Assembly: GCA_001508335.1 (NCBI GenBank)
Contig: LGFX01000005.1
Location: 18,225-82,224, forward strand
Source of the DNA: a candidate division TA06 bacterium 32_111
GTDB taxonomy: Bacteria; Hydrothermota; 32-111
Reading direction: 5' to 3'
Length of the DNA: 64,000 bases
Shown: positions 24,565 through 35,050 of the stretch, in pieces
How the letters are laid out: every line of letters starts with the position of its first letter
How positions within the stretch are numbered: the stretch's first letter is position 1
Notes under the pieces: model-generated
Told to the model about the DNA's origin: nothing
Databases searched by the model: none
The model's input: the letters and a program-made list of their open reading frames with translations, nothing else
Program-made: the position numbers and the translations under genes

Positions 24565-25654
24565 CTTTAAATTTTACCTTAATGTTCATCTCTTTTAAAT
24601 ATGAAACTATTTTTTTAAAATTATTTTGATCGAAACCGATTATCTCTGGTGGAATTACACCTGATGGGAATCTATTTGTAAGAAGAATGTAAGAGAATAT
24701 TCCGAGAGAAAAACCTGTGGTTCTTTCCATTGCTGAGTGTTTATCATCTCCTCTGTCGACAATTTCATAGGTTAAAATTTTTTTCTTATTTTTTATCTTA
24801 CCTTCACCAACCACTCTTAAAAGTAGAACATCTTTGACATCAGGATACTTTATGCTTTTAAGTATCTCGATAGTTGTTTGGCGAGGTTTCATTCCGTTCA
24901 GTTCTTCCTTAAAATATCCAAGATCTTTTAAAAGTTTTATCTTTTCTACATGACCTTTGTACCTTAAAGTTTTCTCCTCAAGATTTTTTACATTCTTTAA
25001 AGTTTTTAAGAGTGTTCTCAAACCATCGGTGTAAAAACCTTCAATTTTATCAAAACCTTTGAACTTTACATCCTCTTTACCTGTTAAAGGTTCAACTGTT
25101 TTAAGTTTTCCATTTTTCCTAATTTTAACAACCCTTTCATATTCGGATATCAGATCCTCTGGAGACCATGTTACAGTGTATCCGAGAGGCGGTAGATTTT
25201 TTTCAGGCATCCCTCCAACGAGTATCTTTATCTTTTCACATCTGTCAAAACTTTTATAAATCCTTCCTGCCAATAGGTTACTCAAACCTGGAGCAACTCC
25301 AGCATCTGGTACAATCGTAACATTTTTTTTCTTCGCTTCTGAATCAAGTTCTAATGGGTCATCCTCAGAGTATGAAACATCGACAATATTCTTTTGTGAT
25401 TTTATAGCTCCAACTTGTGCTATTTTCCCCAGTTTTGCTGGTAGTGCTGAGATTATTAGATCGAATCCCTCTGAAAGTTTTTTAACCTTTTCTGGTGAAT
25501 CGATAGTGTCTTTAATAGTTTTGAAACCGAGTTTTGAAAGATAGTCCAGGTTATACGAATTTATATCAACGAAAGTCACATCAACATTTTTCTTGAAAAG
25601 AAATTCTCCACAGGCGATTCCCTGCCTTCCACTACCAAAAACTATACAGTTCAT
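24545..25654 (-). CDS. Saccharopine dehydrogenase / lysine 6-dehydrogenase family
   Basis: GSGRQG, SALP, VDVS, DAGVAPGLSN, VGGMP, TWSPEDL, TDGLRTL, EKTLRYKGH, AMERTTGF. ATG 25654 follows AGGAG; promoter TTGACA-16-TAGAAT at 25699-25672. Confidence 0.85.
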   Translation of the reverse strand: MNCIVFGSGRQGIACGEFLFKKNVDVTFVDINSYNLDYLSKLGFKTIKDTIDSPEKVKKLSEGFDLIISALPAKLGKIAQVGAIKSQKNIVDVSYSEDDPLELDSEAKKKNVTIVPDAGVAPGLSNLLAGRIYKSFDRCEKIKILVGGMPEKNLPPLGYTVTWSPEDLISEYERVVKIRKNGKLKTVEPLTGKEDVKFKGFDKIEGFYTDGLRTLLKTLKNVKNLEEKTLRYKGHVEKIKLLKDLGYFKEELNGMKPRQTTIEILKSIKYPDVKDVLLLRVVGEGKIKNKKKILTYEIVDRGDDKHSAMERTTGFSLGIFSYILLTNRFPSGVIPPEIIGFDQNNFKKIVSYLKEMNIKVKFKDENIGK

Positions 25655-25769
25655 AAAATCTCCTTTTTTTAATTCTATTTCATTAAAAGGTTTTGTCAAC
25701 AACACTTTTATTTTTATTGACATTTAAAACTATATTGATAACATTAAAATAAAATAACAAGGAGAAATT

Positions 25770-26261
25770 ATGAAAAATGATAGAGATTTTACAAAATTGG
25801 TCTTTGGTATAATTTTGATCCTTATAGGTAGTATGATTTTTCTTTCAACTTTTTTTAACATATCTATTCCTATTTTTAAAACAGTAATATCTTTTCTTCT
25901 GATATATTCAGGAGTTATGATACTTTTTGGGAAAAAAAACTTTTATACCGTTAACGAGAAGTTTGATGGAAAGAAAAAGGATTATCTTGTTCTATTTTCT
26001 TCCACCCATATTGATGCATCAGATGTGGAAGATAATAAAACTATAAATATCGATGTGATCTTTGGGGAAGGAACAGTTTACATAAAAAAGGGGATGAACT
26101 GTAAAATCTATTCTACTTCAGTAATTGGTCAAATTAGGACACCTGATGGAGAGAACATAACATTTGGAAGTAAAGATATGAAGATTGGAGAAAACCCTGA
26201 TGAAGGTTTAAAAATAATTGCAACTGTAATTCTTGGAACACTCAAGATAGTGGAAAAATAG
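25770..26261 (+). CDS. LiaF-like membrane protein
   Basis: Two N-terminal TM helices (FGIILILIG) plus a beta-solenoid C-terminus (IDVIFGEGTV...VILGTLKI); promoter TTGACA-16-TAACAT at 25717-25744. Confidence 0.6.
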   Translation: MKNDRDFTKLVFGIILILIGSMIFLSTFFNISIPIFKTVISFLLIYSGVMILFGKKNFYTVNEKFDGKKKDYLVLFSSTHIDASDVEDNKTINIDVIFGEGTVYIKKGMNCKIYSTSVIGQIRTPDGENITFGSKDMKIGENPDEGLKIIATVILGTLKIVEK

Positions 26262-26270
26262 GAGGGGTTT

Positions 26271-26777
26271 ATGGGACTTCTTATTATAACTTTTTTTTCG
26301 ATAGTAATTTTTTTAGGTGGACTTAAAATCATTCTTGATAGGAACGGTAATCTGGATAGATTTTTCGATAGTATAATCTTGATAATTTTAGGTATTTTCC
26401 TACTTTTATTCAACTATTCAAAAGGGTATGAAAATATAATTTCTTTCAAAAATGGTTCTGTAACTTTAAAAGGTGAAAACAAAAATTATCTTATAATCTT
26501 TTCAAAAACCCAAATCGATCTTTCTTATCTTGAACCTTTAAACGACACAACCGGTTATGAAGTTAAAACATTTTTTTCGGATGTGAAAATCAAAAGTAAC
26601 TCATACTCTCCTTTTGATTTTGATTTGAAAGGTTTTTTATACTCATCACAGTTAAATTCCGGAATAGGCTATCTAACAGGTCAGATAAATGAAAACTCAA
26701 TAGAGGATTCTTTGAACATTCCAATAAAGATGAAGTTTCAACTTTATTTTAGCAGTCTAAAAATTTTAAAAGAATAG
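26271..26777 (+). CDS. LiaF-like membrane protein, paralogue
   Basis: Same layout; YLIIFSKTQIDLS resembles the upstream YLVLFSSTHIDAS. Confidence 0.5.
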   Translation: MGLLIITFFSIVIFLGGLKIILDRNGNLDRFFDSIILIILGIFLLLFNYSKGYENIISFKNGSVTLKGENKNYLIIFSKTQIDLSYLEPLNDTTGYEVKTFFSDVKIKSNSYSPFDFDLKGFLYSSQLNSGIGYLTGQINENSIEDSLNIPIKMKFQLYFSSLKILKE

Positions 26778-27352
26778 TGTTTAAAAAATATATTTTATTT
26801 TTGTTTTTGCTTTCATTTACAATTATTCTATTTGGTCAAATCAAAGAAGGTCAATTTTTGTTTATCGAAAAAGATAGCCAAAAGGTTTTCAAAGTTTTAG
26901 TTGAAAAAACAGGTGATTCACTTTCTCTATCGATTAGGGGAGACAGACTCTCATATCTTGAAATCTATCTTATAAAAGGTGATTCAGCATTTCTTCTTAA
27001 AAGGAAATTCAAATTAGGTTTTTTAAACTACGTTTTGGCTTATTCTCCAAGGAGGTTAAGGTTTTTGCTTCCTTTTGAGAAAGATAAAAATTGGCAATAT
27101 GAAGGAACAGAAATCTCCCCCTTCCATAAATCTGAGATAAAATCTTTTGGCTTTGTTTCCGAGAATGATGATGGATATAAAATTTATAATATAACTTTCA
27201 GGGATGGCTCTGTGGACACATCTATAGTAGAGTTTGATAAAATGTATACTGTTAACAAAATTTTTATAGATTTACCAAAAATTTTTCTTTTAAGGGAGAT
27301 GTTAGGTTTTAAAACTACGAAACTCGTTTTTGAAAATTATGGAAAGGAATAG
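26777..27352 (+). CDS. Hypothetical exported protein
   Basis: Signal-peptide-like N-terminus; tightly packed in the operon. Confidence 0.5.
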   Translation: MFKKYILFLFLLSFTIILFGQIKEGQFLFIEKDSQKVFKVLVEKTGDSLSLSIRGDRLSYLEIYLIKGDSAFLLKRKFKLGFLNYVLAYSPRRLRFLLPFEKDKNWQYEGTEISPFHKSEIKSFGFVSENDDGYKIYNITFRDGSVDTSIVEFDKMYTVNKIFIDLPKIFLLREMLGFKTTKLVFENYGKE

Positions 27353-29396
27353 TATTTTTGATGATATAAAATATCAAAAGGGTGTTGGTCCTAAGATGGC
27401 TGAAATCTTAAACCAGATGGGGATATATACGAAGTATGATCTTCTAACATACCCACCATTCAGGTATATAGATAGAAATATTGTTGAAGAAGAAAATATA
27501 AGGGACGGTGAATATGTAACAATTTTTGCCCAAGTTGTGGACTGTGGAGAAATATTCACAAGAAAGGGGAAGTACATATTTCAGGCGGTTGCGAAAACGA
27601 AAAATGATAATTACATTTTTCTAACATGGTTCAACAACAGGTATATAAAAAATTATTTGAAGAAGGGGGATACAGCAATTTTCAGTGGCAAGGTAAGAGT
27701 GAAAAGATCAGTTTATGAAATTTTACATCCAGATTTTGAAATATTCAAGGACGATTTTTTTGAACTTATAAATACAGGAAAGATAGTACCCATATACCAT
27801 ACAAAATCGAAAATAACTCAGAAGTATTTGAGGAAATTGGTTTTCACTCTTATTAAAACTTTTGATAGGATTGAGGAGGATTTGCCTTATAAACTTGTTA
27901 TGAGAAAAGGGCTTATGAGTTTGACCGATGCGATAAAAAATTTACATTTTCCTGAAAATGAGGAGAAAAAGGAACAGAGTTTGAGAAGGTTGAAATATGG
28001 TGAACTATTTTATACTGGTCTTGTTGTTGCCAAAAGAAAGTTGGAAGTAAAAGAAAAGAAGGTTGAAAAAAACTACCTTTTGAAAAGTAAACTCGTTGAA
28101 AAATTTATTTCATCGCTGAACTTCAAATTGACTAAAGATCAGGAAAAATCGATAGAAGATATTCTAAAAGACCTTAGATCTGAAAGACCCATGAACAGAC
28201 TTCTTATGGGTGACGTTGGTGTTGGAAAAACTGTTGTGGCAACTGTAGCGATGCTTTATGCTGTTGAGAGTGGATATCAGGCTGCTCTTATGGCACCAAC
28301 TGAGATTTTAGCCCAGCAACATTATCTTAAAATAAAGGATTGGGTTGAAAATTTAGGAGTTGATGTTGAACTTTTAACTTCCTCAATAAATGAAAATAAG
28401 AGAAGATATACTCAGATCAGTGATGGGGTTATAAAAATAGTTATTGGTACCCATGCTCTTATAAGGGAAGATGTTGTTTTTAAAAATCTTAAACTTGTTA
28501 TCGTTGATGAACAGCATCGTTTTGGAGTTATCCATAGGTCATCCCTGAAGGAAAAGGGGATTGATGTGGATTATCTTGTAATGACGGCAACTCCAATTCC
28601 AAGATCCCTTTCCCTTGCTATATATGGTGATATGGATCTTTCAGAGATCAGGGAAAGACCTTCGATGCAGAAGGAGATAAAAACTAAATGGGTTTCACCG
28701 AACGGAATAGAGAAGATGTACGATTTTATTAAAAAAAGGATTGATAATGGAGAGAGAGTTTTTATAGTTTGTCCAGCGATAGAAGGTGGAGAGGAAGCCG
28801 AATACGAATCTGTAAAGAAAGTCTACGAAAACCTTTCAAAAACTTATTTGAAAGGATATAAACTTGGAATAATCCACTCAAGGTTGAGTCCTAAGGATAG
28901 AGAGAAAGTTATGATGAAACTCAAAGAGGGAACAATAGATGTTCTTGTTGGAACAACTATAATTGAAGTTGGAATAGATGTTAAGGAAGCAACAGTTATG
29001 GTTATTCTTTCTGCTGAGAGGTTTGGATTATCACAACTACACCAACTTAGAGGAAGGGTTGGCAGGGGTGAAAAACAGTCTTTCTGTTTTGTGGTATCAT
29101 CAAAAGATATAACCGATGATGCAAAAAAAAGGTTGCAGGTTTTTTGTAAATATAATGATGGTTTTAAAATATCAGAATACGATCTTAAACTTAGAGGACC
29201 GGGCGAAATATGGGGAAAAAGACAGAGTGGAATCCCTGTTTTCAAGTTTGCAAACTTTTTTGAAGATTTTGATCTTATGAAAGAGGCTTTTAGGGATGCT
29301 GAAAATCTTTTGTATTCTGATATTAATCTGTTGAAAAAGGAGAACAGAATTGTTAGAATAAATTTTGAGAGGAGTTTGAATGAAAAGATCGATTAA
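27339..29396 (+). CDS. recG: ATP-dependent DNA helicase RecG
   Basis: KGVGPK, MNRLLMGDVGVGKT, MAPTEILAQQH, DEQHRFG, MTATPIPRSL, LHQLRGRVGRG, DLKLRGPGE. Confidence 0.97.
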   Translation: MERNSIFDDIKYQKGVGPKMAEILNQMGIYTKYDLLTYPPFRYIDRNIVEEENIRDGEYVTIFAQVVDCGEIFTRKGKYIFQAVAKTKNDNYIFLTWFNNRYIKNYLKKGDTAIFSGKVRVKRSVYEILHPDFEIFKDDFFELINTGKIVPIYHTKSKITQKYLRKLVFTLIKTFDRIEEDLPYKLVMRKGLMSLTDAIKNLHFPENEEKKEQSLRRLKYGELFYTGLVVAKRKLEVKEKKVEKNYLLKSKLVEKFISSLNFKLTKDQEKSIEDILKDLRSERPMNRLLMGDVGVGKTVVATVAMLYAVESGYQAALMAPTEILAQQHYLKIKDWVENLGVDVELLTSSINENKRRYTQISDGVIKIVIGTHALIREDVVFKNLKLVIVDEQHRFGVIHRSSLKEKGIDVDYLVMTATPIPRSLSLAIYGDMDLSEIRERPSMQKEIKTKWVSPNGIEKMYDFIKKRIDNGERVFIVCPAIEGGEEAEYESVKKVYENLSKTYLKGYKLGIIHSRLSPKDREKVMMKLKEGTIDVLVGTTIIEVGIDVKEATVMVILSAERFGLSQLHQLRGRVGRGEKQSFCFVVSSKDITDDAKKRLQVFCKYNDGFKISEYDLKLRGPGEIWGKRQSGIPVFKFANFFEDFDLMKEAFRDAENLLYSDINLLKKENRIVRINFERSLNEKID

Positions 29397-30399
29397 AATT
29401 ACTTTTCTAATTTTTTTATCAATCCTATCTTTCTTAATAGGTTCTTGTGAGAGGAAGAAGAGGATAAAAGATTTCGCTATAGGTAAGGTTGAAGAGATTG
29501 TAATAGCTGCAAATGAAACTGTATATGCAAATGTTGAAAAGGAACTGCTCGATGCTTTATACATCCAGATGGATCTTCCTGTGAAAGAATCCGTATTCTA
29601 TACGATTTATTCACCACTTGAAAAGTTACATATACATAAGAGGAATAAGAATATAGTTTTTGTTACTAACATAAATAGAAACGATGAGTATTCAAAGATA
29701 ATAAACGAATTTTTAAACAGTGAAGATATAGAACTGATAAAAAAAGAGAAGGTCGCATTTTTTAAAGTTTTTGATGGTTTTGTAGAAGGACAGAATATAC
29801 TTATAATAGCTGGAACAGATGAGGAGAGTATAAAAGAGTCCATAAAAAAGAATAAAGAAAAGATCCAGCAATTTTTTCTTGAAAACTCTTACAGAAGTGT
29901 TGAGATGATGGTTTATTTTACAGGTGAAAACAACAGGGTATCATCCTTAATAAACAAAAGACTTGGAATAAAGATAAAAGTACCATCAGATTTCGAGACA
30001 TCATTCTATGATAAAAATCTTAACTGTTATGCTATAGTTGGAAGGTATCCTGATAGGTTCATAACCATTCTAAAGAATCCTGATATGAAAAATTTCAACT
30101 ACGATTTTATGATTAAAACAAGGAATAGGATCGGAAAAGAAAAATATTATGGTGATTTTGTAGATACCTCTTTTGTCCCGTTGAAAAGGGAAGAGGTTGA
30201 TTTTAAAGGTTATAAAGCACTTTACATTATGGGTGTGTACTCTAACGATAAAGAAAATTTAGGTGGACCATTCTTCACCTATCTTGTAAACACGGGTAAA
30301 GAACTTGTCTACATAGATGGACATATTTTTTATCCCGGGGAGAGAAAGTATTTTAAACTTATGGAACTTAAAGCCATAGTAAACAGTATGGAGTTTTGA
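29380..30399 (+). CDS. Lipoprotein, DUF4837-like
   Basis: Lipobox LIGSC; AIG..EEI, GGPF.TY and DG.IFYPG..K motifs. Confidence 0.6.
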   Translation: MKRSIKITFLIFLSILSFLIGSCERKKRIKDFAIGKVEEIVIAANETVYANVEKELLDALYIQMDLPVKESVFYTIYSPLEKLHIHKRNKNIVFVTNINRNDEYSKIINEFLNSEDIELIKKEKVAFFKVFDGFVEGQNILIIAGTDEESIKESIKKNKEKIQQFFLENSYRSVEMMVYFTGENNRVSSLINKRLGIKIKVPSDFETSFYDKNLNCYAIVGRYPDRFITILKNPDMKNFNYDFMIKTRNRIGKEKYYGDFVDTSFVPLKREEVDFKGYKALYIMGVYSNDKENLGGPFFTYLVNTGKELVYIDGHIFYPGERKYFKLMELKAIVNSMEF

Positions 30400-30650
30400 T
30401 GAAAAATATCATTCTTCTTGTTGGGAACTGGTCAAAAGAGTCACAGGAAGTTAAAGAATTCTGGTTGAAGTTGAAGAAAACGAAAAAGTTTGATTTGAAG
30501 ATTTTTGATGTTTCCACAAAAGAAGGAGCAGAACTTATGGATAGATATGAGGTATCGGTCATCCCTGTTACTATAGTAGACGGAGAAATAAAGTTTATAG
30601 GTATACCTGATATAAAAAGTGTTGAGGAGATTTTTGATGAGGAAGATTAG
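30399..30650 (+). CDS. Thioredoxin/glutaredoxin-fold protein lacking CxxC
   Basis: WSKES at the WCxxC position; V.VIPVTIVDGEIKFIGIP cis-Pro loop. Confidence 0.6.
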   Translation: MKNIILLVGNWSKESQEVKEFWLKLKKTKKFDLKIFDVSTKEGAELMDRYEVSVIPVTIVDGEIKFIGIPDIKSVEEIFDEED

Positions 30651-32214
30651 TTTTATTGCAATATTCTTCTTTTTTTTATCTGTATTTTCAAACGAAAAAT
30701 CTATAATAGAATCTTTATCATACCTTTCTTTAAAAACTGAAAATCTGTCTATTCCAATAGAAAATGTGAAAAGGGGTAACTATTCTTTTTATCTCAACGA
30801 TTATCTTTTAAAGTATCCCCAGAAGAGTGAAGAGTGTTCAGAGAATCTGAAATTCTTGATTGAGAATAAAATGTTTTTTAACCTTTTTAAATATATAAAT
30901 TTTGGTAAATTTTCTAAAAAAAATTCAAAGATTGAAAAAAACTTTTCATATATGAAACCTTTCGTTAACTATGATTATCCATCATTTTTGATAGATACAT
31001 TGATAAACGACTCTATTTTTTTTCTTGAGGCTGAAAAGTTTCTTTCAGGTTGTGATGAGTTTTTTTCAAGTAGATCTCTTGAAAATCTTTTAAAAGAGGT
31101 TGAAAGGTTATTTTCTTTTGATAAAGATCAACTTTTAAATTATCTAAAAAATAATTTCGAAACTTACAGTAAATCTGGTATAGAAGTTATTATAGATAGT
31201 TTAGGCGAAGATAACCAATATTCTTTGGATAGGCCAAATGTTTTAATAGTAGATATAGGTGGTAACGATTCATATTTTGCAAGAAAGGAAGGTTCTCTTG
31301 CGACAGGTTTAAAAGGTTTTGGAGGAGTAGTAGATTTTGAAGGTGATGATAGATATTTTGGGAAAAATTTTGATCTGGGCTGTGGTATCTTTGGAATTGG
31401 ATTTATTTATGATGTTAAAGGAAACGATATATACCAATCAGATTTTGCAACCGTTGGAAGTGGTTTTTCAGGTTTAGGATTTATCATCGATAACGATGGA
31501 AACGATAGTTACATTTCAAAAGGTTACTCTCAAGGTTTTGGTTTCACAAAAGGTATCGGTTTCATCTATGACAAGAATGGTAACGACTTTTACCTTGTTC
31601 AAAATGGGATTATAGATCACAGGGAAGTTGATTACCATTCACACCTATCACAGGGTTTTGGCTTTGGAATTAGGGATATAGCATCAGGTGGAGTTGGAAT
31701 AATTCTTGATTTGAAGGGAAACGACATTTATAAAGGGGAGTATTTTGTTCAGGGTTCCTCGTACTGGTTCTCTTTTGGACTTCTGTATGATAGTACAGGT
31801 AACGATACCTATTCTAGTAGAAGATACAGTCAGGGAGCTGGGACGCATTTTACTACAGGTGTTTTAATCGATAGGGAAGGTGATGATTCACATTATTCGT
31901 GGGGAGTTTCTATGGGATGTGGACATGATTTCTCCTCCGGTTTCCTTTTCGACTATAAAGGAAATGACCTTTATCTTTCGGATTGGCTCAGCATTGGTTC
32001 TGGTAACGCTAACGGGAACGGAATTCTTATAGATTTCGAAGGTGATGATTTTTACAGTGCCCAAAATAAAGATTGTATGGGGTACGGTAATTTTTATAGG
32101 AACACTTTTTCCATAGGGATACTTTTCGACAAGGATGGTAAAGATCTTTACAATGGTAAAAATCTAAAAACGAATGTAAGGTCAGATTTGGGAGTTTTAA
32201 TAGATGAAAAGTAA
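30637..32214 (+). CDS. Exported protein with about 11 tandem Gly-rich D-x-x-G-[ND]-D-x-Y repeats
   Basis: Signal peptide; repeats such as IVDIGGNDSY, IYDVKGNDIY, LYDSTGNDTY, LFDYKGNDLY. Confidence 0.7.
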   Translation: MRKISFIAIFFFFLSVFSNEKSIIESLSYLSLKTENLSIPIENVKRGNYSFYLNDYLLKYPQKSEECSENLKFLIENKMFFNLFKYINFGKFSKKNSKIEKNFSYMKPFVNYDYPSFLIDTLINDSIFFLEAEKFLSGCDEFFSSRSLENLLKEVERLFSFDKDQLLNYLKNNFETYSKSGIEVIIDSLGEDNQYSLDRPNVLIVDIGGNDSYFARKEGSLATGLKGFGGVVDFEGDDRYFGKNFDLGCGIFGIGFIYDVKGNDIYQSDFATVGSGFSGLGFIIDNDGNDSYISKGYSQGFGFTKGIGFIYDKNGNDFYLVQNGIIDHREVDYHSHLSQGFGFGIRDIASGGVGIILDLKGNDIYKGEYFVQGSSYWFSFGLLYDSTGNDTYSSRRYSQGAGTHFTTGVLIDREGDDSHYSWGVSMGCGHDFSSGFLFDYKGNDLYLSDWLSIGSGNANGNGILIDFEGDDFYSAQNKDCMGYGNFYRNTFSIGILFDKDGKDLYNGKNLKTNVRSDLGVLIDEK

Positions 32215-33094
32215 AATATTTTTTTTATCCTTATTTTTCCTCTCAATCAAAGTTTTTCCTTCATTTGAAGATCTTTTAAATAAACTCGATTTTTATGAGG
32301 ACACTTTGCAAACAAGGATAGACTCAACCTTACTGTCAGATTACTACGAAAAAACAGTTGATTATATGGTTAAAACTCTAAAATCCTCTAACTGGTATTT
32401 CAAAACTATTTCATTAAGAATTCTTAAAAAGGTTGAAGACAAAGAATCTCTCATATCAAAACTTTTTGAAGAGGATGTTGAAAGGATCTATATAATGAGG
32501 ATTTTTGAAGATGATACACTTGACCCTTATAAGGATTTAGATTTTTATTCTATGGAACCTTATGAATACCAGACTTACATATCTTACATAGGTAAGAAAA
32601 ATAAGTTTGAAACACTCGTAAAAATTCTCTCAAAGGAAAATGATGACTATCTTATCGTTAAAATCTTACAATCTTTAAATGGGATATGTTTGAAAGATAC
32701 CTCTTATGCGAAAAGCTTATACAGTTATAAAGACATTTTTGCAAAACTCATTGGAAAAAAGAATATCAGATTGAATAAGAGTATATCTTTAATTTTTGCA
32801 AACTTTTTTTCAGATTCTTTGGATGTGATTTTTAATGGAAAAATTTTAAATGATATTCCAACCTTCTCTCTGTATGTTGAAAGTGCCACACTTTCCGGCA
32901 AAAGGGTGGAATTGGAAAAGATAGAAAAATTCTATAATGGGTTCAGGACAAAAGATTTTTACTATCTTGATTACATTTTAAAAAGTTATTTTGAAAAATT
33001 TTCAATTGATGAGTTGAAAGAAATAAAAGAAAATCTTGAAAATAAAAGTTTAAAGGATATAATTAAAGTAACATTGGAGGAAAAGGATGGATAG
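32204..33094 (+). CDS. Hypothetical exported alpha-helical (HEAT-like) protein
   Basis: Signal peptide, helical pattern; overlaps both neighbours. Confidence 0.45.
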   Translation: MKSKIFFLSLFFLSIKVFPSFEDLLNKLDFYEDTLQTRIDSTLLSDYYEKTVDYMVKTLKSSNWYFKTISLRILKKVEDKESLISKLFEEDVERIYIMRIFEDDTLDPYKDLDFYSMEPYEYQTYISYIGKKNKFETLVKILSKENDDYLIVKILQSLNGICLKDTSYAKSLYSYKDIFAKLIGKKNIRLNKSISLIFANFFSDSLDVIFNGKILNDIPTFSLYVESATLSGKRVELEKIEKFYNGFRTKDFYYLDYILKSYFEKFSIDELKEIKENLENKSLKDIIKVTLEEKDG

Positions 33095-33554
33095 AAGACC
33101 CTCCTGGGATGAATACTTTATGGAGATAACTAAACTGGTTGCTACAAGAGCTACCTGTCTTAGAAGGAAAGTAGGTGCTATAATTGTTAAGGATAGACAT
33201 ATACTCTCAACCGGATACAATGGACCTCCAAAAGGGGTAAAACATTGTGATGAACTTGGTGGTTGTTTAAGGGAGAAATTGAATATTCCTTCCGGGGAGA
33301 GAATGGAACTATCAAGGGCTGTTCATGCAGAGCAGAATGCAATTATTCAAGCGGCTAAACTCGGTATCAACATTGAAGGGGCGGATATGTATGTAACAAA
33401 TCAGCCATGTTTCATATGTGCAAAGATGATAATAAACGCTGGAGTAAAACGGGTTATAATAAATGAAGGTTATCCAGATAAATATGCTGAAGAGATTTTG
33501 AAGGAAGCAAACGTAAAACTTATCGTTTTTAATAAAAAAAAGGAGGATGAATGA
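33087..33554 (+). CDS. dCMP/cytidine deaminase (ComEB family)
   Basis: [28 protein letters not shown]. Confidence 0.92.
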   Translation: MDRRPSWDEYFMEITKLVATRATCLRRKVGAIIVKDRHILSTGYNGPPKGVKHCDELGGCLREKLNIPSGERMELSRAVHAEQNAIIQAAKLGINIEGADMYVTNQPCFICAKMIINAGVKRVIINEGYPDKYAEEILKEANVKLIVFNKKKEDE

Positions 33555-34597
33555 AAAGGGTTTTATATTTCATGTCGTTGATTTTTTTGTTGTTTGCCGT
33601 TGGGTGTTCCCTTTTTGCAATAAAGCCTGTAAAGGATGTTAAAGTAGTCGGAACTCCATACGTTCTATCAACATTCTATGAGGATGGTAAATTCGTTTTG
33701 AACATCCTTGCACTTGATGCTGACTCAAATCCTGTTGAATTGAATTCATCCAATGTAAAAATAATAATCGATTCAGTTGTTGATTATTATGGAACAAAGA
33801 CAACAGAGTATAGTGTGAAGGTAACAGATTTCGAAAAGATAACATTTAAAGATGGAGATATGGGACTTGCCATGCTTTTTGACGGAAGTGGAAGTATGTC
33901 ATCTTCTGATCCGTATTGGCTCAGAAAAGATGCAGCGACAAAGATGATAGATTACCTTGCAAACGATAGACCAAACTCAATGGTTGGTATATTCGATTTT
34001 GCGGTTGGTTACGACACCGCATACTATTTTAGGGTTTTACAGGATTTCGTTCAGGTTGGAACGAACAAAACACTTCTTATCACTGCTTTAGACTCCCTGT
34101 CAAATTCTGGAGCAACCCCATTGTATGATGCAATGGTTTTAGGTTGCAGAAAACTTGAAAGGGATATAGATGATTCAGATTATAACAGAGTTTTAATGAC
34201 TTTAACCGATGGTGGTGATAACGATTCCTATTATTTGAATTCGACAGCACAGAGCGTTCTAACAGAAGCAAAGGCTAAAAATGTTACACTTATAAATATA
34301 GCTTTTGGTGATTATGCTTATACACCTGACCTTTTGATGCTTGCAGATTCAACAGGAGGTATTTTTGTTAAAGCACAGGAGGCAACGGATCTTGAGGATC
34401 TTTTCTATCAGTTGGGAGTTGGTACAAAAGGAACTATACAGAAAGTCACTGCACAGTTTACAGATACAATCCCATCATACTATTCTGTTGTTTATGGAAG
34501 AGTTGAAATATACAAAGGTGTGTTGCCAACGTTAAACGCTGTTTCCGCAACATTTATTATGAACATCTCTTCCTATAAGGGAAAACTTGAAGATTAA
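33551..34597 (+). CDS. vWA-domain lipoprotein
   Basis: Lipobox FAVGC; [25 protein letters not shown]. Confidence 0.85.
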   Translation: MKRVLYFMSLIFLLFAVGCSLFAIKPVKDVKVVGTPYVLSTFYEDGKFVLNILALDADSNPVELNSSNVKIIIDSVVDYYGTKTTEYSVKVTDFEKITFKDGDMGLAMLFDGSGSMSSSDPYWLRKDAATKMIDYLANDRPNSMVGIFDFAVGYDTAYYFRVLQDFVQVGTNKTLLITALDSLSNSGATPLYDAMVLGCRKLERDIDDSDYNRVLMTLTDGGDNDSYYLNSTAQSVLTEAKAKNVTLINIAFGDYAYTPDLLMLADSTGGIFVKAQEATDLEDLFYQLGVGTKGTIQKVTAQFTDTIPSYYSVVYGRVEIYKGVLPTLNAVSATFIMNISSYKGKLED

Positions 34598-34608
34598 ATG
34601 AGGTAAAA

Positions 34609-35046
34609 ATGGCAAAGATGAAGAAAGTTTCGGTTAAGTGTGATTTGAAGGAGAAGTTCACTATAGAGAGTGATATCAGAGGGCACAAAATTTATGTTGA
34701 CCAGCCTGAAGGTATGGGTGGAGTTGATAAAGGACCAACTCCACTCGAATACCTTTTCGTTTCTTTAGGAGGATGTATAGCCTCCATCGCAAGAATTGTT
34801 GCTAACCAGAGAGGTTTGAAGATTGAAAATTTTAAAGTTGATGTGAATGGTGATGTTGATCTGGATACACTTCTTGGGAAGTCGAAAGAGAATAGGCCTG
34901 GATTTTTGAAAATAATAGTTAAAGTTTCTTTCGACGCTGATATGACGAAAGAGGAGAAGGAGAAATTTTTGGAGGAAGTTGATAGTAGGTGTCCTATATC
35001 TGACAACATCTCCAACTTAACTCCGGTTGAGATAATTTTAGAATAA
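34609..35046 (+). CDS. OsmC/Ohr family protein
   Basis: DQP..MGG.DKGPTPLE...LGGC and RCPIS. Confidence 0.88.
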   Translation: MAKMKKVSVKCDLKEKFTIESDIRGHKIYVDQPEGMGGVDKGPTPLEYLFVSLGGCIASIARIVANQRGLKIENFKVDVNGDVDLDTLLGKSKENRPGFLKIIVKVSFDADMTKEEKEKFLEEVDSRCPISDNISNLTPVEIILE

Positions 35047-35050
35047 TAGT

